Below are positions 14,331-23,279 of a stretch of 64,000 nt of DNA, one piece after another. Position numbers and translations under genes: made by a program. The notes beneath the pieces were generated by a model. The model was given only the letters and a program-made list of their open reading frames with translations. It had not been told where the DNA came from and did not search any database. Origin of the DNA: an uncultured bacterium (lineage in GTDB: Bacteria; Verrucomicrobiota; Kiritimatiellia; CAIKKV01; CAITUY01); the NCBI GenBank assembly GCA_903895695.1, contig CAITUY010000122.1, positions 94 through 64,093 of the forward strand. The letters are read 5' to 3'. Each line of letters starts with the position of its first letter. Positions within the stretch are counted from its first letter, which is position 1.

Positions 14331-17300
14331 CTTTAAGGAACGCCAGGGCCAGGCGGACGTGAAGGCGGACATTGATCTCGCCGTAGTCCCAATGACGCTG
14401 GAGCACCGCAATGCTGCCGGGGCTGCCGAGGCGCGCCAGGGCCACGGGCACCTGGGCCAGGGCGGGGAAGAAATCCGTGCCCCTGGCCATGATGCGCTCC
14501 AGCGGCGCAACGGCCCGATTGTCGCCGAGGCGGCCCAACGCCGTGACCAGCGCTCGCTTCAAGCGAAACCGCTTCGTGCCTTCCACGGGGTCGATGGTCG
14601 TATCCGGCGAGCGATCGACGCCATCCTCCAACGCGCTGTTCATCTTGGACTGACTCCAGCTGTGGGTCAGGGGCGGATGCGGCGGCTTGGCGTCTTCCTC
14701 GTCCAGAAGGCGCAGCAGTTCGGGCACCGTGCTCTGCACGTCAAACTGGCCGGCTACATCGGCCGCCGCCATCTGGACGCGCCAATCGCCGGACTTCAGG
14801 CAGGCCGCCAGCCGTGCCTCCAGGTCAGCCGGAAGGCGATCCGCCAACCCATAAACGTCGTCAGCCGAGTGCACAGGCGCCGTCCCGGCCACGCCGGACG
14901 CCGGCGCCTGCCACTCGACAAGCCGGTCGCCCGGTCCGCCGCGCCGCCCCATGGCCTGGCCGTTGAGAAAACAATCGCGGGCCTCGTCCATGCGGAAGGT
15001 GAGCGCCAGCCCGGGCGCCGAGCACGACACCTGCAACACGGCCATCGAACTCACGGCCACCAAGCCCCCGGGCAGCCGCACCACGATGCGGGCGTTGACC
15101 GGCAGCGGGCCGAAGCGCATCCCGGTTTCGGACACGGACACGTCCACCGGCAGGTTGGCTTTCACACTCACACGCCGGCCCGGGAACTCGGCGACACAAA
15201 CGCCGGCCAAGGCCAGTTCGCCGCCGGCCGAGCACAGGGCATGGCGGGCGTCCGTGCGGCCGCCCTGCCAGGCAACCGTGCCCGAGTTGGCCAGCAATAC
15301 GTGGTGGCTCTGCCGGCCGATGCCGACCGTCCACTGGTTGGCCCCGGCGGACACCAGGCTTACACCGGCCACGGATATGGGCCGATGCAGCGTGACCGGC
15401 CCCCGGAGCGACTCGCCGTGAAACGAGTCAAGCGTCAGGGTAAGCTCGTTTTCGCCGGGACGACAAGCTGCCCCGAACGCAAGCAGGTGGGCAAAGGAAC
15501 TGGTGCTGCCCTCGATTTCCATGTTGCACTGCTCGTAACACGGCCGCGCCTGCACGCCGTTAACGAGAACGCGCACCGACAGCGTGGCGGTGGGGATGCG
15601 CAGGAACAGGGGGTCGCCCGCCCTATCCGCCGGCACACGAAAGCGCCGGCGGAACGTCAGCGTGCTGCCCAAGGGCATCGTGTCGGTCAGGTAGAAGGTG
15701 GAAAGGTCAACATCCTGGCTCCCGCCGCCGGTTGCCTCCAGAGTCCAGCCCCGCGACAGATCCTCCCCGGCGTCGAGCCGGTCCTGGATCACCATTCCCA
15801 TGAGCAGTCGGGCGGCCTTCACGGGTTCCGGGTGCTGGAACTGCAGCCGCGTAGAGCCGTTGCACGGCGTCTTCGGGAAACCCGGCACGGGCGTCAGCGC
15901 CCAGGTCCCGGCCTGGCCCGGCAGCAAGTCGAGCTGCATCTGGCCGCCGATATCGGCCCGAACGCCGGCGCCCGCCCGCTCCGCTCCCGGCCAGGTGAAC
16001 GCCTGCCACGCGAGGCGATGCGGGGTCTGCGAGGCCCAGTCGTCGAGGCACAGCACGACGCGGCCATCCACCAGCGCCGAAATACGCGCGACCCGCGTGA
16101 CGTCGTAGCGGTCGCGGTAGTAGTCGGCGGCCTCGCTCTCGATGACCTGCAAACCGCCCGCGTCATGGAGCGCCAGGCCCTTGCCGGACGCGGGGTGGAG
16201 CGGGACGTACCAGTTCTCGCCGTCCACGACCAGGGAGTTGCTGTCGCCGATGCTGCCACCCACGGCGTGGCGCAAAGTCCGGGCCATGCCTTCGGGGGTC
16301 TCGGGCTGCCCGAGCATGCGCCGCAGGCCCTGCATGACTCCGTCGGGCAGGTAGCGGAGCATGGCCGCCTCATCCAGGTTGAGCAGTTCCGCGGGCACCG
16401 TGGGCATGCCGTCGAGCAGCAGCGGCAGGCCGCCCGACTGCAGGTCGATGGCGTTGGGGTTGACGTTGCCTCGGCCGTTGAAGGGGCCGCCGCCGCACTC
16501 GTCCCAGTATTGGAACAGGCGCGTCTGGGTGCGGGCGTCCTGGACGGCGCCCGCAGTGGCAGGGTTGAGCCAGGAATGGAAGGGGCAGACCGGGGCCGCC
16601 TGCAGGGCTTCGGGCCACCACACCAGGGCCCACATGCGATCGTCGAATTCCCAGGAAATGTGGGCAAAGGGATACCACATCTGCGCGTCGCGGATCAGGG
16701 CCAGGGCGTCCGCATCGTGGTCGCGCCGCGCAAGGTAGGCGAGCGGCGAACGCACGGAGCTGTGGAAGACGCCGTAGGCGTCCCATCCGGGCATGAGCCC
16801 CCCGGGCCCCACCATGTCGCGCGCCATGATGAGCCAGTCGCGCAGCGGGCTAAAGCCCGGTGCCAGACCGCGTTGGTAAAGCGGCAGACCGGTCACCTCC
16901 TCCACAAACGAACCGGCGAGCGCGAGTAGAGGCGCCACGACCAGCATGTGATAGGTGCTGCCCTCGTACGAATAGCAGCTTGCCGGGAGGCGGCCGAACT
17001 GATCGAGCAGCCATTCCATCCCGACAGCATAAACGCGGCGGCCCTGAGCGCTGTCGCCCCGGCGCACGCCCAGCACATGGCCGGCCACGGCCGCGCCAAA
17101 GGCGTTGGAGAAAACCTGGTTGTCGAACGTCCGGGCGCGCCCCTGCAACTGCTGCATGGACACCTGGGTCACGAAATCAAGCGCGGCGGCGCGGAAGGCC
17201 GCGTCCTCGTCCGGCGTCAGCAGATCCGTATCCGCGATCCAGTCGTAGAGCGCCATCGTCCGCCCCAGCGGCGCGGAGGCGGTGTGGGTGTGCAACTGCA

Positions 17301-17556
17301 CCTCCTTGGTCATCAGGCCGGCATCCTTGGACTGGGTAAAGCGGATAAACAGGTCGCGGGCATGCCGCCGGTACACGTCCTCGCCGGTGATAAGGAAGGC
17401 GAAGACGTTGTAGGAGGAGAACCAGAAGGGATTCTGCCGTCCCAGCAACTGGAAGTGTTGCCAGTAGGACCGCAGCGGTTCCTCGGGATGACGTAGTTTG
17501 GCCTGCAGCGTTGCAAGGGTCTGGCCGGTCATCAACAGGGTGCGTTCAGGGTTCAT
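14284..17556 (-). CDS. large cytoplasmic polysaccharide-lyase-like protein (heparinase II/III-like, tentative) with C-terminal HEAT-type repeats
   Basis: ORF 14284..17625. The start was taken as ATG 17556 (MNPERTLLMTG...). No signal peptide is seen. The N-terminal ~650 aa resemble the alpha/alpha-toroid plus beta-sandwich layout of heparinase II/III-like proteins, from recalled similarity and not verified. The C-terminus, ...LVTALGRLGDNRAVAPLERIMARG...ALARLGSPGSIAVLQ, is a HEAT/PBS-lyase-type repeat. Confidence 0.45.
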   Translation of the reverse strand: MNPERTLLMTGQTLATLQAKLRHPEEPLRSYWQHFQLLGRQNPFWFSSYNVFAFLITGEDVYRRHARDLFIRFTQSKDAGLMTKEVQLHTHTASAPLGRTMALYDWIADTDLLTPDEDAAFRAAALDFVTQVSMQQLQGRARTFDNQVFSNAFGAAVAGHVLGVRRGDSAQGRRVYAVGMEWLLDQFGRLPASCYSYEGSTYHMLVVAPLLALAGSFVEEVTGLPLYQRGLAPGFSPLRDWLIMARDMVGPGGLMPGWDAYGVFHSSVRSPLAYLARRDHDADALALIRDAQMWYPFAHISWEFDDRMWALVWWPEALQAAPVCPFHSWLNPATAGAVQDARTQTRLFQYWDECGGGPFNGRGNVNPNAIDLQSGGLPLLLDGMPTVPAELLNLDEAAMLRYLPDGVMQGLRRMLGQPETPEGMARTLRHAVGGSIGDSNSLVVDGENWYVPLHPASGKGLALHDAGGLQVIESEAADYYRDRYDVTRVARISALVDGRVVLCLDDWASQTPHRLAWQAFTWPGAERAGAGVRADIGGQMQLDLLPGQAGTWALTPVPGFPKTPCNGSTRLQFQHPEPVKAARLLMGMVIQDRLDAGEDLSRGWTLEATGGGSQDVDLSTFYLTDTMPLGSTLTFRRRFRVPADRAGDPLFLRIPTATLSVRVLVNGVQARPCYEQCNMEIEGSTSSFAHLLAFGAACRPGENELTLTLDSFHGESLRGPVTLHRPISVAGVSLVSAGANQWTVGIGRQSHHVLLANSGTVAWQGGRTDARHALCSAGGELALAGVCVAEFPGRRVSVKANLPVDVSVSETGMRFGPLPVNARIVVRLPGGLVAVSSMAVLQVSCSAPGLALTFRMDEARDCFLNGQAMGRRGGPGDRLVEWQAPASGVAGTAPVHSADDVYGLADRLPADLEARLAACLKSGDWRVQMAAADVAGQFDVQSTVPELLRLLDEEDAKPPHPPLTHSWSQSKMNSALEDGVDRSPDTTIDPVEGTKRFRLKRALVTALGRLGDNRAVAPLERIMARGTDFFPALAQVPVALARLGSPGSIAVLQRHWDYGEINVRLHVRLALAFLKGEIGRTEFENRVNPA

Positions 17557-17629
17557 GACGTGTGTTCCATTTTCTTTTGAAGGCGGGGGTGAGGGTATCA
17601 GAAATGCCCGGCGTTCAACACCCAACTTC

Positions 17630-18703
17630 CTACGTCCGGCGGCACCACTTCATGCACTGTTCCAGCAGGGCCTCGCCCTCGCCCCGGGTCGGGCACCAGG
17701 TGTCCAGCATCAGCAACGCCGGGTCGAGTTCCCGCACCAGCGGCTCGACGTGCTGCACGGGAACCTGGACATGGACGATCCGGCCGGCGGCCTGGATCTG
17801 CCGATACATCTCAAGGTGCCCGGGGCCGTTGGGCGGCTCGCAGGGAGCCGGGACGTACTGGACTACGCGCAGGTAGGGCAACGACAGCAGCCGCGGCAGA
17901 TGCTGTCTGGCGTCGCCGCCGTCGAGGTGATACCAGAGGGCGTCGTGCGCGTACCCGTAGACGTCCAACTCCGGCACAACGAAGCGGTCGAACATTTCGG
18001 GCGAAAGCATACAGGAGACATCGGACTGCGTGGCGAGGTAAGGCTGCGGCGCCCAGAACGGCATCCACCCGGCGTTGCCATACCAATACTCATGCCCCTG
18101 CGCGCGAAGCAGCGCCTGCATTTCCTGCGCCATCCGGAGTTGGTCGCGGGCGCCGGTCAGGATCGCCTCAGCCATCCACTCGGGGTGATCCACCAGCGCG
18201 AACAGAAATTCCGCCGTGCCCATGTGCATGGAAAGCAGATCGTTGGCCGGGAGCCCCAGGGGCGAGCCGATGAGAAAGTTGTCCCGCCCCGCCTCCCGGC
18301 ACAACGCCAGCAGGAGCGTGCGGTACTTCCGCGCCCAGGGGTTGTCGGTGTCGTGGCGGAACGGCGAGGGCCCCTCAAAATCGACCGCCTGGGTGTCGAA
18401 CCAGATCGTGTCCGGCGCAAAGCGCGGGGTGCCGCCCAGGCAGTTGACCCACCCGGCCATTTGCAGGTAGGACGGGATCGACTCGCCACCCCACCAGGTG
18501 GCCGCCAGGTCACGCCGCGCCAGGGCGACCCGGTAGACGGGATCGAGCCAGCGCGCTTCATCGTCGCGGGGTTCGGGCACGGGCATCGGTTCTGCCACGG
18601 CCTGCGGCGTTCGCACCGCGATGCACGGGCGGTCGAGCCGCTCGCCCTGCCATAACGCCGTCAGCCGCCGTTGCGCCTCGGGCCAGTCGGTCTTGTATTT
18701 CAT
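17630..18703 (-). CDS. divergent uroporphyrinogen-decarboxylase (URO-D) family TIM-barrel protein
   Basis: ORF 17630..18850. The start is at ATG 18703 (MKYKTDWPEAQRRLTALWQGERLDRPCIAV). It shares family landmarks with the four other paralogs in the window: the helix LSMHMGTAEFLFALVDHPEWM and the strand ALWYHLDGGDARQHL. Confidence 0.5.
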   Translation of the reverse strand: MKYKTDWPEAQRRLTALWQGERLDRPCIAVRTPQAVAEPMPVPEPRDDEARWLDPVYRVALARRDLAATWWGGESIPSYLQMAGWVNCLGGTPRFAPDTIWFDTQAVDFEGPSPFRHDTDNPWARKYRTLLLALCREAGRDNFLIGSPLGLPANDLLSMHMGTAEFLFALVDHPEWMAEAILTGARDQLRMAQEMQALLRAQGHEYWYGNAGWMPFWAPQPYLATQSDVSCMLSPEMFDRFVVPELDVYGYAHDALWYHLDGGDARQHLPRLLSLPYLRVVQYVPAPCEPPNGPGHLEMYRQIQAAGRIVHVQVPVQHVEPLVRELDPALLMLDTWCPTRGEGEALLEQCMKWCRRT

Positions 18704-18768
18704 ATGAAAAGATTGTGATTTCCCCGTCAAATACATCAGTATCGGGAAGTTTGCGGAGGCACACAACC

Positions 18769-21700
18769 ATGAATACGTACAGAATAGTTGGCGGATGGGT
18801 TCTGGCGGCCGCACTGGCCCAAGGCATCGCGTCACCGACGCACGCCTCAACAGCGCCGGCCTACACCGAGCTCCCCCTCTCGGGCTGGAGCAAAACCGTT
18901 CGCGAAGTCACCGGATTGGAGGGCACCTTCCACTGCACCGTGGCCTGCCCCGTGAAGGAGCGTTCCGTCCTGCGGTTCAAGACCGAAACGCCCTATGAAC
19001 CCGGCCTCTACCGCCTGCGGCTCTCGCTGAGCCCGTCCGACGTGACCGACTACTGCGCGTGGAAAGGCAGCTTGTCCGTGTTCTGCGGCGCCAGTTCGAA
19101 CGAGATACGGGGCGTGTTCTTCGGCCGGGTCAACGTGCCGGAGACCCAGACGATTGACTTCGTCGTCACGCGGCGGGGTCCCATCACGTTCACGCTGGCG
19201 GCAAACCTCGGGGCCGACACGTTTGACACGCTGAAGACCAAGCGTGAACTCAAGAAAGGCGTCGCGCAGGGCGGCCCCACCCTCAGTCTGGACCAGACCA
19301 GGACGGCCTCGGACGACGAGTTGATCGGCGCATTCCAACCCATGTCACCCGCCACCCACTTCTACTACCTGCTCCACAAGGCCGAGATCGCCTGCCTGTC
19401 GAAGTCCGTTGCCGTCAATTCGGTCCGGGTCAACAAGGTCCGCTACGATCCGGGCGAAACGCTCAAGGGCACCCTCACCCTCCAGGATCCGGGTCGGTCC
19501 GGAGTTGAAGGTTCCGTCAGCCTGTACCTGGAGCGCAACCTGGGCGACCGCACGCTCGTGAAGCAGATTCCCTTCAAATTGCATGGCGATTTCGAAACGA
19601 TGCCGTTCGAGGTGCCGCTGCCCAAAGAGGAGTTCGGGTACGCGCTGGTGGCGGTCTACGAGACGGCCGACGGCCGCGACCACTCCGAGGCGGCCGAGTA
19701 CTTCAATGTCGCGGACCGTGCCTACCGCATCCCGATCTACATGTGCCGGCCCGGGATCGTGAGCCTCATGGACGAGGACAAGATCCGTTCCACCATCGAG
19801 GAACTGCACAATAACTATATCAACTGTGTCGAAATCTTCTTCTGGGGCGAGGACGACATGGTCGGGCTCAGCCCGAAGGACGACTACTGGTTCTCCGGGC
19901 AGACCTGCTACCACGTGAGCAAGAAGGGCCTTCAGGATTGGATCCGGATCGCCCACGAACACGGGATCAGCATGTCCACCTACGGCAAGTTCATCATGTC
20001 CGGCTACCTCGGCTGGAAGACCGCCTACGATTACCCCAACGACCACAAGGGCCAGTATTACTGGACGACCGGCATGTGGGAAGCCACGCGCGTGAAGACC
20101 CTCGACCGCTTCCGCTACAAGGAGTTTGCGGGACCCAACAGCCCCGCGCCCGGCGGCGGCATGTCCGTGGCGTGGCAGGACTTCATGCCGATCAACCCCG
20201 ACTGCACCCCCCAGATGGTAAGGATCGCGGCCGAAGAGATACTTCGGTCCATCGACATGTTCGGGTGGGACGCGGTCCGCTGGGACGGTCATCCGCGCGG
20301 CGTCGGCATGTTCTCCGGCCAGATCGGCGGGTCCGGGACGTACGATTACACCGTGGCCCGCGAGACCCAACTGTTCGTCCGGTATTTCAAGGACATCGTC
20401 AACGCGAAGCACCCGAAGTTCGGCCACGGCTACAACTATCTCTCGCCTCAGGATGCCCCCTCCCACGCGTGGGGCGTCGAGGACTACGAACTCGACGAAC
20501 TGGCCGCCGGCAACGGCCTCCTCATGAACGAAGGCATCAAGGGGAGTTGCCTGGGCCACCCCGTGGAGTGGTTCGCCGGCAATGTGCAGGTCGAGGGCGA
20601 CCTGGCGCGTGAGCGTGGCGGCAAGCTGCTTCTGATTACAGGAAGCGACCACTCGACGGAACAGGACAACTTCCTGCTCCAACTGCTCACCTTCGCAGGC
20701 GGCTCCTGCGGGTACAGCATGGGCAATCGCGAGATCAACCGGTACGCCACCCGGTTTTCCCAGTACTGCCTGGATGAATCCCTGCGGCGCATTGCCAAGC
20801 CCGAATCCCTGCTCCAGCCGGCCGCCACCAACGTGAACCTGTGGTGGACCCCATACGTGTTCGAGACGGCGGCCACGAACAACCGGAAACAGCTCGTCGT
20901 CAACTTGCTCAATATTTCGCCCAAGACGGCCATTGCGCCGGTCACCGGCGCCAAACCCGGCGATCAGGAGCTTGCGCCGGGTTCATCCCCCGTGGATCTG
21001 GTCGCGACCCTTCCCGCCGGCTACAGGCTGAAGGCCGCGCATCTCATCAATCCCTTCACGCTCCAGATCCAGCCGATCGAGGTGAAGAACGACCGGATAC
21101 CGCTCCCGGCCCTGCGCCTGTGGTCGGTGCTCATCCTCGACCTTGAGACTGACAAGGGCGTCGCGGCCCTCGCCGAGACCCTCGGCCCGCCCAAAACGCT
21201 GGGCGTGTTGCGGCCCGACCTGAAGGTGACGCGCCCGGCGTTCAACTTCTTCGACCTGGCCAAGACGCCGCGCGAACTGTTACAGGAGATGGACAGCCAG
21301 TTCCCTCCCCCGCCCGACCACTTCGCGGAAGCCGAATCGCTCCGGAAGCTCGATTGGGACGGGCGCAACCAGGCGATCCTTGCCATGCGCGGCACCAATC
21401 GCCCCCCGCCCGCCGCCAAGTCCGCGACACCGGCCTTCGGCGACTTGGCGCCCCTCCGCAACGGCGTCGTGGATATCCACTACGCCCGCGGCGCCATGGA
21501 CTACAACCTCCAACCGTACAACGCCTTCGCCCGCCTGGAACGATTCACGGTGGCTGAATCCCTCCTGTCCGGCGGACAGAAATGGTACGGGTTGACGCCC
21601 GGCCTGTCCTGGCGCGACTTCCCGAAGAACGACCTCATGGTCTTCGTCGATATCCCCTATGTCGCCATAGGCGCCGAGAACGCCGCGGCCCTGGTCCGGT

Positions 21701-23271
21701 ACGTCAAGGCCGGGGGCGCCGCCTTTTTCACGGGCGGCGAGTATGCATTCGGCAAGGGACTCTATACGGGCACGCCGCTGGATACTGAACTCCTGCCGGT
21801 GATCTCCGTGGAAAACGTCGATACCCGATACTCGCTTGACCCGCTCGTGCTTGAGCCGGGCCCCGACTGGAGCGATCTCCATGCCGCGGCCGACTTCACG
21901 GCCAAGCCTTCGTTCTGGTCCTGGAATCAGGTCGCCGTGCGCGAAAACGCCGGGGTCAAAGTCTTCCTCAAGTCCGGCAACCGCCCGATACTCGTGGGGT
22001 GGCAGCTCGGGCTCGGCCGCGTGGCCTGCCTGCTGGCCCAGCACCGCGGACGGTCCGTGCCGGACCAGGGGCTGACCGCGTTCTTCGACTGGAAGGACTG
22101 GCCCGGGCTGGAGGCGTCCGTGCTGAAGTGGCTGACTCCCGATGCCCAGAAGAATGAGAAACCGCCAGCGGTCGCGCTGGCAGGAAAGGATCTCGATAAG
22201 GCCCTCGAGGCCATGCAGGGGACCGAGATCGGCGACCTGGTCGAGTCCAAGCCCGTCGACAGCACCGACTCCATGGCCAGTTCCACCGGCCCCGGCTCCA
22301 CCGGGGAAAAGGAACTGACTCCCAAGCAACTCGCCAACCTGATGGAGCAGATGCGCAAGTTCCGGGGAGTGCCGGATTCCCGCGCCACCGAAATCGTCGT
22401 CCAGCAGATCGGCAAGGTGGCGAACCTGCCCGATACCGAACGCTGGACCCAACTCGATGCGATTCGAAAGGCTCCGCCTGCCAATCTCGAGGAAACCGGC
22501 AAGAAGTGCCTCAAGAGCCTGGAGCCGGGCTTGCGCGGGGTTGGGTATCATCTGTTGGCCCTGGCCGGCAGCCCGCTGTTCGCCGAGACCGCACGCGCGG
22601 TGCCGCTTCCCGGCGTCGCCACGGGACCTGACGTCGATAACAACCGGTACCTGGCGCTCGCCCTGTGCTTTTATGCGACGAATTCCCTGAAGGATCTCGG
22701 AGAACGGCATCTCGCAGACTGGCAGGCCAGGGAGTCCGAGGCCAAGACGCGCTACACCGGCGGAAAAGATTTTTCGATGGCCGCACCGGAGGTGCCCCTG
22801 CTGGACTCGGAAACACTGTTGCTTCGCATCGGCTGGCTGGCCTACCTGGGCAGGATGGACCCGGCGAAGTGGGCACCTGCCCTGGCCCGCGAATGGGCCA
22901 TGGGTTATCAGTACGCCGACTATTGCGACCGCGAAGTCCAGAACATCCAGAATGGCATGGCCTACATGGTGACGCAGAAGGAACGCAAGGGCGCCGAGGA
23001 AAACATTCGCAAAACACTTGTGTTCCGCGGCTTCTTCACGCGGCTCGACGAGGTCATCCGCCCCCAGATAACGGAACTATGCCGAACTCAGCCGCTCAAG
23101 GTGGCTGAAGGATTCCGCCAGTGCGCGTTTCGCGCCCAGGCCCAGCACTGCATCGACCTTCTGGGGCCGCTCTCGCCGGCGGAGTCGAAGGACATGCTGC
23201 AAATCCTGAAGGACTGCCGCCAGCCGCTGGTGACCGAGTTCGCCACCGTGCGGCTCGAAGCAACAAAGTAA
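18769..23271 (+). CDS. giant secreted protein: glycoside-hydrolase-like TIM-barrel core, class-I glutamine-amidotransferase-like domain and helical C-terminal region
   Basis: ORF 18715..23271. The ATG at 18769 gives the signal peptide MNTYRIVGGWVLAAALAQGIASPTHA. It is a paralog of 43436..47053 (WDAVRWDGHP vs WDGVRFDGHW; DLMVFVDIPYVAIGAENAAALVRYVKAGGAAFFTGGEYAFGKG vs DVVVFVNIGAMGLNYEGRKILKDYVEAGGGLVLLGGLYTLGQG). Its function is not assignable from sequence alone. Confidence 0.55.
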   Translation: MNTYRIVGGWVLAAALAQGIASPTHASTAPAYTELPLSGWSKTVREVTGLEGTFHCTVACPVKERSVLRFKTETPYEPGLYRLRLSLSPSDVTDYCAWKGSLSVFCGASSNEIRGVFFGRVNVPETQTIDFVVTRRGPITFTLAANLGADTFDTLKTKRELKKGVAQGGPTLSLDQTRTASDDELIGAFQPMSPATHFYYLLHKAEIACLSKSVAVNSVRVNKVRYDPGETLKGTLTLQDPGRSGVEGSVSLYLERNLGDRTLVKQIPFKLHGDFETMPFEVPLPKEEFGYALVAVYETADGRDHSEAAEYFNVADRAYRIPIYMCRPGIVSLMDEDKIRSTIEELHNNYINCVEIFFWGEDDMVGLSPKDDYWFSGQTCYHVSKKGLQDWIRIAHEHGISMSTYGKFIMSGYLGWKTAYDYPNDHKGQYYWTTGMWEATRVKTLDRFRYKEFAGPNSPAPGGGMSVAWQDFMPINPDCTPQMVRIAAEEILRSIDMFGWDAVRWDGHPRGVGMFSGQIGGSGTYDYTVARETQLFVRYFKDIVNAKHPKFGHGYNYLSPQDAPSHAWGVEDYELDELAAGNGLLMNEGIKGSCLGHPVEWFAGNVQVEGDLARERGGKLLLITGSDHSTEQDNFLLQLLTFAGGSCGYSMGNREINRYATRFSQYCLDESLRRIAKPESLLQPAATNVNLWWTPYVFETAATNNRKQLVVNLLNISPKTAIAPVTGAKPGDQELAPGSSPVDLVATLPAGYRLKAAHLINPFTLQIQPIEVKNDRIPLPALRLWSVLILDLETDKGVAALAETLGPPKTLGVLRPDLKVTRPAFNFFDLAKTPRELLQEMDSQFPPPPDHFAEAESLRKLDWDGRNQAILAMRGTNRPPPAAKSATPAFGDLAPLRNGVVDIHYARGAMDYNLQPYNAFARLERFTVAESLLSGGQKWYGLTPGLSWRDFPKNDLMVFVDIPYVAIGAENAAALVRYVKAGGAAFFTGGEYAFGKGLYTGTPLDTELLPVISVENVDTRYSLDPLVLEPGPDWSDLHAAADFTAKPSFWSWNQVAVRENAGVKVFLKSGNRPILVGWQLGLGRVACLLAQHRGRSVPDQGLTAFFDWKDWPGLEASVLKWLTPDAQKNEKPPAVALAGKDLDKALEAMQGTEIGDLVESKPVDSTDSMASSTGPGSTGEKELTPKQLANLMEQMRKFRGVPDSRATEIVVQQIGKVANLPDTERWTQLDAIRKAPPANLEETGKKCLKSLEPGLRGVGYHLLALAGSPLFAETARAVPLPGVATGPDVDNNRYLALALCFYATNSLKDLGERHLADWQARESEAKTRYTGGKDFSMAAPEVPLLDSETLLLRIGWLAYLGRMDPAKWAPALAREWAMGYQYADYCDREVQNIQNGMAYMVTQKERKGAEENIRKTLVFRGFFTRLDEVIRPQITELCRTQPLKVAEGFRQCAFRAQAQHCIDLLGPLSPAESKDMLQILKDCRQPLVTEFATVRLEATK

Positions 23272-23279
23272 AACGGGAA

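Noticed and set aside
13494-14510. Full-length 338-aa version of the esterase ORF
   Set aside because: Its first ~60 codons overlap the 3' end of the upstream gene by more than 200 nt and translate to Trp/Arg/Pro-rich sequence. A GTG or TTG start at 14330 or 14309 is more plausible.
14125-16929. 934-aa plus-strand ORF
   Set aside because: It is entirely antisense to the 1090-aa lyase-like gene. Its Arg/Gly/Ala/Pro/His-rich composition carries no recognisable motifs, which is typical of a shadow ORF in high-GC DNA.
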